A stretch of DNA of 64,000 nt from Lingula anatina. Its lineage: Eukaryota; Animalia; Brachiopoda. Made by a program: the position numbers and the translations under genes. This document shows, in pieces, positions 26,639 to 38,300 of this stretch. A model generated the notes under the pieces. That model was given only the letters and a program-made list of their open reading frames with translations, searched no databases and had not been told where the DNA came from. Every line of letters begins with the position of its first letter. Position 1 is the stretch's first letter. The stretch covers positions 12,214,001-12,278,000 of the forward strand of contig CM120645.1 in NCBI GenBank assembly GCA_051362555.1, in the 5' to 3' direction.

Positions 26639-27300
26639 CTAGCTCGCTGAGATAAAGATCGAAGCTGAGCGTGGTCGCAATTAAGTGTTCGTCCAAGCGT
26701 TATTTGACAAGGCGAAGGGTGGCCGGCCGAAAGACTGACTCCTTGGTTCTGTAGCACACCAAGTAGAAAGTGCGAACGTGACCGCCGTAAATATTATTAA
26801 AGAAATTAGCCTAAATTTTGATACAACTGTTTCTCTTTCATTCTTTGATTTTAACTCCGCACCTATGTTATTCAAAACGATAGGAATCGTTCATCTTTAC
26901 GATCTAAACTCCAAACTTAACCAAAAACATTCTTCATACTTAAAAGCATCATAGAAAATTAATGTAAAAAGCTGGATTATAATATATCGGGCTAACTGTT
27001 TGGTACGTACGTGTCATCTGACATTAATTAACAATCAGTTCAGGTTAGCTTTATTCATGCCGGGTAAACACAGCGATTTAGCTCTGACTATTACATAATC
27101 ACTACTGTGTGACACGCGTCGTCTAAAATTAATGTTAACATTGCGATGTCGCTCTTCAATCCAAACTATTCAATTTAACATAATTCTCAATCATCTGACA
27201 TGTGTCAACAGGATTGATTGTGTATCTGGACTTCCTAAATGGCCAGTAAGTATTTTGTATAATATGACATGTTTATCTCACTGAAAATGAAGGCCATAAA

Positions 27301-27816
27301 GTGTCACGACAAGCCATTTACTATGTGTTAAAGAAATACGACGAAGGGTTTGGTATTGCCGATAAGACACGCAGTGGACGTCCTTCAAAGGTTGACCTGC
27401 GCCACATGAACGTTATAGACGAGGAGATGACCAAGAATGATGAATTGGTGGCCTCAAAACTAAAAACACGTCTCTTTGAGCGAACAGGTAATTTTATTGA
27501 GCAACATGGTATTAATTGGTTTCGCACCCCTCCAGAAAGCCCGGACCTCAACCCTATTGAAAACGTATGGGCTGAAATCAAATACCACATGCGTACGCGT
27601 GTTAAGCCGACCACGAGAGAACAACTTGTTGAAGGCATTAGAGAGGCATCGGAAAATATTAACGCAGAAAAGTGTATTAAATATATTAATCACCTAAAGA
27701 AGGTGATTCCAGCGGTAATTGAGAAAGAAGGTCGTGCATCAGGCTACTTAACTAGCACCAAATGTAATAAAAAAATATTGAGACATTGTTATTTATTTGA
27801 TGTATTAGCTATTTAA
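27301..27816 (+). pseudogene. Tc1-like transposase remnant (duplicate)
   Basis: Near-identical to 6656-7156. Confidence 0.85.
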
Positions 27817-28736
27817 AATTGTTCATTTTAATTACGCTTGGGTTGATCGTGACTTATTATCATCAAGTGAACGTCAAATAAAATTGTTTTTCGTGTTAAA
27901 ACTAAGCCCGATTTGTTCTTCAGAGTTTTGTTCTCATATTCCATCTGCCTTTAATCTATTCATCTGTTGCAGTTGATACAACATAACCCGGTATTGCTTG
28001 CTCGCGTCGATAGCAACCTCTTTGCATCAGCTATAATAGAAAATTTAAGTGAGGCAACTAAGAAGCAGCAGACCGTGCTCGTTGAACCGACTAATTTGGA
28101 TGTCCGACAAGGATTACTTGCCGATTCCCCTACCCTGTAATTATCATGCGGCCACTATTGTTCGACCATATGGGGCAGGGTTGGGAGACCATGCGGCCTT
28201 TTGGTGAGGGGAATTTGGATCAATATGGATCAATTGCCGCATCAAATCAAATGTCTGCATTTAACAAAAATATATTATTACATTTGCAATCGTAGCCATA
28301 ATGTCTACTAGTAACCCTAAGCAACATATTGCCGTAATTTTTAAACGCATTGATTGTACAAGCATAAGGATGAATGGATATCTAGAATTTCTGAGACAGA
28401 CAATTTTGTGCGGGAACGCCCTCTCGTGTTGTTGTAGAAAGATGATTACACAGATCTGCTATATGCAGTCGTATTCCAACTATTTCATATAAACAACACC
28501 ATTTGATGACAAGCACTATAATAAACACTTTAATAATAGAAATAAGCCAGCCCTCATTACTACAAGCCCACCTAGCGTGAGTAATAAAAATAATCCACGA
28601 AAAAATATCTGAACAGTTTAAAATTATACATTATTGTATTAAACCCAGTATTTAACAACTAGACCGCCACACAATTTCCATTTTATGTATTTCCATGATT
28701 TTTCGACACCTTGGTTGTCCAGGACTTGCGGAAGAT

Positions 28737-30149
28737 TTAACAGCGGGAATATATGCCCGATATTTGATTGCCAAGTTCGTTTTTACAATCCGTTAAATGT
28801 TTAATATTACCCCCAGTGCATTTGCTGAGCACCGCGACTGCTTGACGGAGGAGCGAAACCTCACGCTCAAAGTCCGACCCTTGCGACAAAACATTGTTCC
28901 GTAACTTGGAAAGGAAGTGGTTATATAATTGATAGTCAGCTTTGCTCCACATCCTATGTTTCTTCATAGTCATTTCATCGTTCACGTTTTTGTATTCATA
29001 TTCCTTTTTCTTTCTTACAACATATAAGATGTCGTCCATGCCCCAGCATAGCAAGCGGCGTAGTAGCACCAAACTTTCATCAAACATTTCTAAGACGATT
29101 ACAAAATCGAATTTCTGTTCCAAGAACCCGATGTATTCAGCAATAAATCTGTCGTTGTTCCTGAGATCAGTTCTATCATCTGGGAATCCGTACTCATACA
29201 TCATGCCGTTTCTCAAGAACCCAACGTGGCTTGTGACATAGTCGTCGGTCCAATACCTATATGGATTTTCCATAAATTCCACGATAGGGTTCGTGGAGTT
29301 TTTTTATATTGAATATCTCCGCAATATGAAAATAATTGAAGGCGCTTTTAAACTGGGAAAATGGTTCGCGAACTATACCGATATAAAACGTATCATTTGG
29401 CATCATGGTTTCTATCACCTTGGAGTCAAAAAACATGTGTTTGAAAATGATATCATACGTTTTTTTCGGGTCATATTTGGCGTCGTTCACGGTTATTTTC
29501 CTACGGATCATATCCATTCTAGATGTCCATGGGTAAAAAAATGACTTGTTTTTAGGACGAAGAGGTCTTAACTTATATTTGCGTGAAGCTTGAAGTAACA
29601 TTTTGGCCATGGTAGATGAACCGCATTTATGCACTTTTAGAAACATAATATGTCGGGTGGGCTGGCATTGTCCTTTTGGGAGACATTTTATGGGAGATAC
29701 GTTGTAGGCAGACTGCGATAGTGAATACGGAATGTTTCCAATTTCACCTGCAAGCATAATAATAATAATAAAAGTAATTATTATTATTCTGCTATCATTC
29801 ATATTATTATAGATAGATAATAATAATGTTTTATATAAAATTTAAAAATAGATAAGTAGATAAGAAGAGCATTTTGTTACAAGTAAGATAACATAAAAAA
29901 TTAGTGACGAATCGATATGTAGAATCTAAATTTTTTTTCTGGTGCATAAGACTGATGCTTATTTTATTTTTAAAAACCATTCATGCACAAGGTAAAATGC
30001 ATCCTACCTTTAAGATCACTTCGATGTGGAGGTGGTGACAATGGGATAGGAGTCAATATAGGACCTCTTATAAGACGTGGTAATAACAAGTAGACCGCAA
30101 TGCACAGGAAAAAAGGCACCACAGCGACTAAAAATCTTCTCGACGACAT
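28737..30149 (-). pseudogene. GAL3ST-like duplicate with a single +1 frameshift
   Basis: Near-identical to 8642-10062. Exons 30149-30008 and 29747-28737 (1011 nt vs 1010). A T7 run at ~29299-29305 replaces TTTTTC and splits the ORF into two 181-aa pieces; this could be a homopolymer sequencing error. Confidence 0.8.
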
Positions 30150-32026
30150 GGTCAATATCTACTGACGTAGTACAAGTGATTTTAATCACACCATTAACAA
30201 TCCTTCAGTTGCTCTCGGTTTGTGCTAGCTGCTACAGTTAATATAAACATTCGTATAAACGAATGATGTATTGTCGTCTTAAAGGGATAATAACTCTTCG
30301 TTTTGGCCAAAAAATTAATTTTCCTGGAGTAAACAACAATTTTCCCATACTTACCAATGGTTAATGAATCCATTTTTACATTCAAAGTTTGTCCCTGTTT
30401 TTTTTCTAAAAAGTTTGGTTTTTGTTAAAATCTCTTAAGAGATTATAACTGAGTACAGCCATCAATGGAGGTCACGTGATCTGAAGACAAGCTTAGATAG
30501 CAGAATAATAGCTATAACTGCCGTTTTTGTGGTAAAACAGAATATATTATATTTCTATGAGTTGTTCACAATGTTTTTATTGTGAAATATGGGTATCATA
30601 CGAAGAGTTATTATCCCTTTAACCGACACATAAAGTTGATGTGTAGTATATTAGATCGCGCATATGAGCATGCATGATGGATTTGTAACAGCAATGTTAC
30701 AAGGTAACGTTGCAAAAAAAAACAGGCACGAATGACGATGGTACTAAATAATTTACAGCAACCAATTATTCGAATCGTCTTTCTCTCGGAAAATAGATGC
30801 AATTTAGAACAGTGCCCATTGTGCCCGGTTGTCAACTGAATGTGAGAAATGATGAATAAAATCTTTAAAGTCTCTTCTATGGACCATTGAACCAAATGTC
30901 TGCATTTTATTGTATTTGCAGTCGTAGCCACAATGTCTAACTGAAAGCAACCTATTGATGTAATTTTAAAACACGTTGATTGTACAGGGATAAGGATGAA
31001 TGAATATCTAGAATTTCTAAGAGAGACAGATGTGTGCAGAAAGGCCCTATCTGTTGTTCAAGAAAGATGATTTTACAGTCGCATTCCATCTATTTCATGA
31101 AAACAAGCACGAAAATAACAAGCTTTAAATAACAGAAATAAGGTAGCCCTCATCATGACAAGCCCACATAGCGTGAGTAACAAAATAATTCATGAAAATA
31201 TATCTGCATTGTTAAAAATTATACATTGGCCTCTTCCTTGTTTCAACTCCAGTTCTAACATTTAGACCACATTTTCCATTTTATGTGAAATCCTTTTTAT
31301 TTATGAAAAGATTAGGCACATCCCTCATTAAATCAATTTAGTTATACAATCTACGTTATGGTTATAAATCTTCTATTAACCGTTTTGCATATAGGTGATC
31401 ACAAAATATTTTTTCATTTATGTCTCCTCCTTCCCAGTGTACCACAAACTTTCATAGTCCCATTCATAACAAGAGAGAAGTCTACAAAGACTATCGATTG
31501 TTCGTGATTTGGCCAAACTATGCCGCTTTTATTATATAAACTCACTATCCTAATAATTTTAACAATAATAACAATGTATTATGATGTATTATGATTACAA
31601 TGTATTATGATGTGACGAGTCAGCAAATGTTATTATTTTCAAACAATTTTGCACAAATTTCGTTTGTGGGGTTGCAATGAGAAACTACCCTTTTCTGCCT
31701 TGCATACAGGTTCTACTGATTGCATATCACGACAAATATTTTAGTAAATTTTCACGTTAATATTCTAAAACACAGCCTTCATTTGACACATTTATAAGAA
31801 ATTGGTGATGAAGATCAAGGGAGCTGGTCATGTTATAACCACACTATGTGAATTCTTGCTTTTTACGTGATACAATGTAACCCGGATACAACAGTTAAGG
31901 AAAATGCTTTTGGTATTTTGGTACTTTAAACGAATGAATAATAGAAACTAATACCCAGATAAATAAAAAAATTCAGTTTATAGATTTAATTAATACATTT
32001 AATAGAATGAAGAGGGGCTATCTTAC

Positions 32027-32167
32027 CAAATTTCCCACGGTATTCGATGACACTTGGCAGACATTGTTATTAGGTTTGTCACCTGCTGGTTACGTCGAAG
32101 GTGAGCATTCCATATCTTTTCTCCAAATTCTGCTGGTCTTGTTTTCGTGCCTATTTCCGGTGACGCG
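32027..32167 (-). promoter_or_regulatory. Putative promoter and first exon of the GAL3ST copy at 28737-30149
   Basis: Duplicate of 12562-12702; donor TTG/GTAAGA retained at 32027. Confidence 0.42.
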
Positions 32168-33129
32168 AATGTGCTGTTAACCAATTTCGCGTTACCGAAA
32201 AAAAGGCACTTTACATATACATGTAGATGTGTGTAGCTTATTTGCTTTTAGGATATCTGTGGACTTGCAACAATAATACAGAAAAAATGCAATTGCCTTT
32301 ATTTCAGTGCTAGTATACTTGTACAATGAGATGAGTTACTACTGTACATGTATAAGGTGGAGCAGTGCAAAGGTCTAGCATTAACTCAAAATATTATTTT
32401 TCTGGTTAAATTTACGCACAGTAACGCTGCTTACAGTGTACAGAATTATATATTTCAAAAATGCACAGTATTATGCCTCCCATCTTGTTATAATGCGTGC
32501 AGTAATATAATATACGCCCAGTTCACTGAAATGAATGTCGTTACAGCATTACATTGTACACATGTATACAGTATTATATTATTGGTTATATATATATATA
32601 TTACATAATATAGATGGGCAAAGTTCTGAGAAAAAAGAAATGCAAGAATGTCAGCACACGATTTTGCGTAAATTTTCTTAAATAGACATACTTGTAACAT
32701 TAAGTTATAGGCTACTAGTTTGTTGAGAGGTAGTTGCACACGAGTATCTTGTATTAATGCATATTCATGAAATATATATGTATGTACCATGCACTAGATC
32801 GCGCATGCACGTGCACGCATTGTGGATAAAAGAAATCTTTAAAAACATTAATAGTAAAACTGTTGCTACCTGGTTCCACGTGTCTATACCTAACGGGTCC
32901 AGTCATAACTTGGGTTTATAATTTTATTTAGACGGAATGAGGAGGGCTGTTGCTCTTTTAAATATATTTAACGTGTAATTATGATGTGTTAGTTCTTTCA
33001 GAAACATAATCTAAATTAGTACGTATTCTCTAGGATACCGTCTTTTAACATAGGTATATATAGGATAATTTTCTGGGATATGTGGACAACGTTTTGTCCG
33101 TCAGGTACAGGGGTCTATCGGTACCAATC

Positions 33130-33880
33130 GGGTGACCAAAGTCATTGGTATCACGTGAAAGCCCATTTAGTCAGAAGTCACAATATGTATGGTGGCAGGG
33201 TTCAGGGTCCAATACACGGATGTTGGGAATGAAGCGGTGTCCCTTGGATCATCTGTCTGCTCTGCTTTAATAGTGGACTGGATGTCATAGCGTAAGCACC
33301 ATATCTGAGCGTGTAAAGCTTACTGTCTTGAAGTTGTTGAAAAAAGACAGGGAGGAGCAAAATATGTTCGAAGAATTTAAAAGGATGGGCAGTGTCCAAT
33401 AACTTGATGGACAAAATATATCATTTCACTTGTCATTTGTATGCTTTTAAGACCAATATACAGAGTGCACATGATTTCCTTTAACACCTTTCCTGTTCCT
33501 GGTACTTCCAGTACTGCAGTCTGTCACACCAGAGTCTCGCCACACAGCCAAGACTGGAAAGTGAACCGAACAGAACTATTGACTGACTGAGTGGTTTACC
33601 AGCACCAAAACCAGTACCGAAGCTTCTCTATTGTGAAGTTTCAGGTCATTTAGACTCCCTAACCGTGCTTGCCTACAGAACAATCTACAGTGATCTAAGC
33701 TGTGCGGGTTGAAAACTTGCGAAAGTAAGCGTACTGAAGATGAATATTTAAGCAACAGGCTGTTATATACCACGACTGTTTACATAATGAAAGCGTCTGT
33801 ATTGAAACTGTTACCACACACAATCTGACTTTTGACTAAATAAGCTTTCGCATGCGATACCAATAAACCATGATCACCCG
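33130..33880 (+). mobile_element. Academ-like transposon remnant (copy of 790-1510)
   Basis: Broken reading QYTDVGNEAVSLGSSVCSALI..TGCHSVSTISERVKLTVLKLLKKD..FTCHLY resembles the ALIGLHAFTGCD.VS.F.GKGK XPG-like segment; flanked by inverted repeats. Confidence 0.5.
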
Positions 33881-34139
33881 TTTTGTATTACAGTTTGGAC
33901 GAAGCTTGTTTCGTTATTGTTTGCTCGAGAAAGGGCTTAAAATATTATCTTTGCTTTCACATTAAATGCCAGTCTATGAAAATAAAGTATTTTTTTCTGA
34001 TTACAATCCACAGCTGAGATGAATACCCTTTTGGTATGCATTAAAACCAATATGACGTTTTGCATGAAATATTGGAACTTCACTTTCGCTTTTATGCTAG
34101 AAAAGAATACCTCCTAATATGCTAGGTAAGATCCACTTT

Positions 34140-35352
34140 CTATTGTCTGTTTTCTTCACACTCCCCCTGCGTAGCATCCTTATTTTTTGCTCGGCTCTTC
34201 GTTCTGTACCGTCTTATTCTAAAACAAAAAGAAGAAAACACCGTGTTGTTAAATGGCCTTTAAGAGGGCTACACATTTGTCTAATAAAATACATGTAAAT
34301 ACAGTGATGTCAAAGTCAGGTTTCATCACTCGAAATGCAAAGCTTGTGATAAATATTCGTCATGATCATGGGCATAACTCCATGTAAAGAAGTACTGGTG
34401 CCAGCACAGATCTCACTACATTGCTTTGCTCTTTTTATTTACTTACTTTTGGCTGCGAATGCAAAGACACACAGTAGCCACGATGACAACTACAATCACA
34501 ACAGCACCTCCACCAGCCGCGCCTATAATCCAGTACAAACTGTGAGGGGTCTCAGTTGTCGGTGTCGGGGTTTCTTTTGCATTAGCAATAGTGGAAGACG
34601 ATTTTCCTGTTGTTTGCCGAATGGTGGAAGTTTCGACGACGGTTGAGAGTTTACCGCTCGTAGTGGGATCTCCAGATGCCATTGGGTTGCCCGTACTTTC
34701 AATGTCGTCGACTGTAGTAGAGTTTTCCATAGTTGTAATAGGGTGTCGAGACGTCCCTTCAGATTGGCTGGTCGTCCGCATGCTCGTGGTTTCAGGATGT
34801 ACCATCGATGTCGTTAGTTGACCACAGACTATACATGTACATAAAAATAACTGTATTTCAAACAGTATAACTAATGTGTGTGTCTCTTTTTGTAATACAA
34901 ACGGTGTTGAAATTAACTGTCAATATTATATTGATCTTTTGAAACATATTTTTTCAACTCTTTTCTTGACTACGCAAGACTTGCTGCTCACAGTGTATCT
35001 TTATTCAAAATAAACCACTATGCAAGGAAAGAACAAGGGCATCAATGTGTTTATGATAAAGCATTTTGTTTAAAAAAAATCAACCCATAAGAAATTTAGA
35101 ATACATGTGTAGGTTTAAAACAAGAGAAGTATGGATACCTTCTTTTGGGCTCCAATAGGATCTATCCGTATCTGGGTGACAAACGGACGACAGATTACGA
35201 GGATTGAGTTCACATGCCTCGTAGCACGTCCCATTTATATTACATTTGTTATTCTACAAACAAAGAAATTAAAATATCAGGTGATATACGAAACAAAACT
35301 TCCATGCAGAAATAACATCATGCGCACACACATGCACGTACGCCCACCCGTC

Positions 35353-35385
<33 letters not shown>

Positions 35386-38300
35386 TGTTGGCCGTAAAAC
35401 CAACATCTCCACCATATACTTACCCGTAAGAACCACCCCACAGTGTTTTTACTGGGATCACAGTATTGGCATGGATTATAAGGGTTCGTCTCGTTTGCAA
35501 CATAGCATATTCCTCCGATGATGCAGGTTTCACTCTATAGTCAATAAACCAATGATACATATCAAATTAAATGTAGCTGTATTAATCCAATACATTCTAC
35601 TTTAAAAAAATGATAATTCATGTATCATACCCAGGGGGCAAATTATGTTGTTTTAACATTGAAACAACGTTGAACCATAACGTTGAAAAGACATTGGATA
35701 AACGTTGGATTTGAAAGTTGTGTCAACCTCAGATAACAACGTTGTATCAACGTCAGAAAACAATGTTATATCAACCCCACCCAGCAAGAAATTAGCCTGG
35801 ATGTGTTTAGAAGTAGGACATTTTTGATGGCTATATGTAGGTAATAAATGTATGGCCTTTAAGTTAAAATTTCCAAGGTTTAGATTAATATATATAGTTC
35901 TTTTCTTATATATATATATAACTACAACCTCCTCTCTCTCTATATATATATTATATATATATATAACAAAGTCACAGTCACCTCTACCTGTCTAGTAATA
36001 ATAATAGCAGGTTACCAAGAACTGTTAACTCCATCATATTTACAGCAACTTATTCATCCTAGTGTTAGCTGACCTTGCAAGGAATTCAGTTTATTGGAAT
36101 GTATTTCTGAATAACAAGTTAAGAAAATTCACTAGTTAACTAAAGACACAAAACAACTGTCACTTTTACTTTAAAACCGTTTTGTTATTATTTTGATAAA
36201 TTTAGTTACAGTATTGATAAACAAAGTATCTCGTTTTCAATAATTAATATTTTAAAGTACAATCCATAACTGCAAGGTTGTGTCATTGACCAAAATACAA
36301 CGTTGAGTCAACGTGGCTGGACCAACGTTGATTTTACCTTGAATTTAGGTAGATCAACGGCAATTCAACGTATCAACCTGTTTGCAACGTTGATCCAACG
36401 CAACTATGCCTGCTGGGTATATACGTCGTAACAAAGGATGGCAAAATTAATATAATGATACTGGTAGAGAAAAAGAACGTATTCTTACATTGTACTGAAA
36501 TAATTTTTTGTTTGTTTGTCGTAAAAAATATTTCGCAAGTCTGCAATATTATTCTGCTCATTTGTGAGCGACTTTTGTGAGTAAGTTTGTTTGTGGCCAA
36601 TTTTGGACCAGCGATATCGGCCACAATTTCTAGCTCAGTGCTTTGTTGTTTAAGAAAGTGCATGGCTACAGTTTTTTTAAGCACATCTGGAATTATATAT
36701 ATATATATATATATATAGTTCGCAAATCTTTGCCCAGTATGAACAATTTCATTTGCTTATTTGTTTGTTTTTATTATTCTTTCGTTAACTAGATATAGGA
36801 CAAACCTTAAGCGAGCAACTGAACGTTGAATTGCAGTCAACACACTTGGAATCGTAAACCAGGAGGTATTTGGGGTCGCTGAAGTTTTGGGCGTTATTGC
36901 TGACGCTCACTTCGTATCCCTCCGCGAGGACGGTCTCCTGGGGGAAGGTAGGGATGGCCGCTCTCTTTTTCCTTGACATAGTATGTGGTAAAGGACACAT
37001 TACCTCCTGCAGATGAATAAACTCTGCCACAGTCTCACTGTGGATAGAAGATGTTACGACCCCAATATTCGTTACCTAAAGGGGGAAACGAATTATTGCA
37101 TCAGTTTTATTATCCACACATTTGGACTGCTGCATTTCAGTAAAATATGATTTTGAATTATGTTAACATAAACAATGAAGCCATTTACACTGGAGGTAAA
37201 CACATATGTATGTAAAAGTAGTATTTTACAATAGCCCGCTATCCGGTTTTTTATATTGATTTAGGAAACCAGAACAAATATACCTTATAATGTTTAAGTT
37301 TGCAGGTAACGGCCACGCTTTTGATGAACGGTGAACAATAAACTGGCGTCTTTCTGCACGGCCTAGAGCGTTCATCACACAGCCCGGCACTAGGCAGCTC
37401 GAGGCACACTGGTGCTGCGTTTATATCCATGGAGCAATCATAGCCATAAAACGGGCTAGCGCAAGTACATGTTCCTGTTAATAGATGTTATCAGTGTATC
37501 AGAAGTATCCTATATGATATTTCCTGCAAAAATTCAATTTCCGCAAAAAGGACAACTTTATTCTACTCACGAATCATTGTTTAAACTGACCCTGCATATG
37601 AATATGATGCATTGCTCAATGTCATTTCTAAATTTAAAAAAAATCAAGTTCTAAATGACTGGCAAGTCGTTTACACCACACTGTACAATATCGTCATCAG
37701 CTTCTTAAACTGAGAAGGTTTTTCACTTTAGAGACTGAATTTGCTGGGTACGTAGATTAGGAAATGTGACTTCGTGACATTTTAAAGCTCGGAAAATATC
37801 GATACCATTAATCGCTGAAGGATAACTGATAAGCAAAAATAACTTGATGCAATAAAGTTCGCCTTTCTTGAAACTTTGTCTCTATATCTGTAAATGTAAC
37901 CGGAACATTTCGATTTGATTCCTACGTACCGTTTGAGCAAACACCGTGCCCGGAGCAGTTCCTAGGACAAAGGGCGGCAGCTATTACGGCCGGCGGGACT
38001 GCAACGCTGGAACCGTTTTCTACCTTCCACAGTGAGACATTCTTTACTAACTCTGTTGCTATAGTCGCCACAAGTACGTCTCTTGTAACACCTGCCCATT
38101 CAATGCCCCCTGTCATCTGTAAATGTTGTATTTCGTGTAACATGTTTTACTAGAATGACATTTTATATAACCCATTGTATTGCACGAAATAAACCAACCT
38201 CTCAACAATTTCTCTATCCAAATGAATATTTAAGCAAAATGTCGCAAGCCATCAGCCATATAATGTGAAAAAATGCGTTTAAAGCAGTACATGCATGCGT

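Larger units (their letters stand above)
24414..28223 (+). mobile_element. Duplicate of the deleted Tc1/IS630-like element
   Basis: Same ends and same transposase remnant (ORF 27301-27816); lacks the solo LTR. Confidence 0.72.
22878..33054 (+). repeat. Segmental duplication, copy 2
   Basis: Identical short ORFs recur in the ORF track (3676/24416, 8206/28301, 9883/29970, 10107/30194). Confidence 0.93.

Noticed and set aside
18077-30149. Chimeric splice from the GAL3ST anchor exon (phase 1) into phase-1 exons of the VWDE paralog
   Set aside because: Phase-compatible but requires skipping the terminal exon and ~11 kb; no sequence evidence
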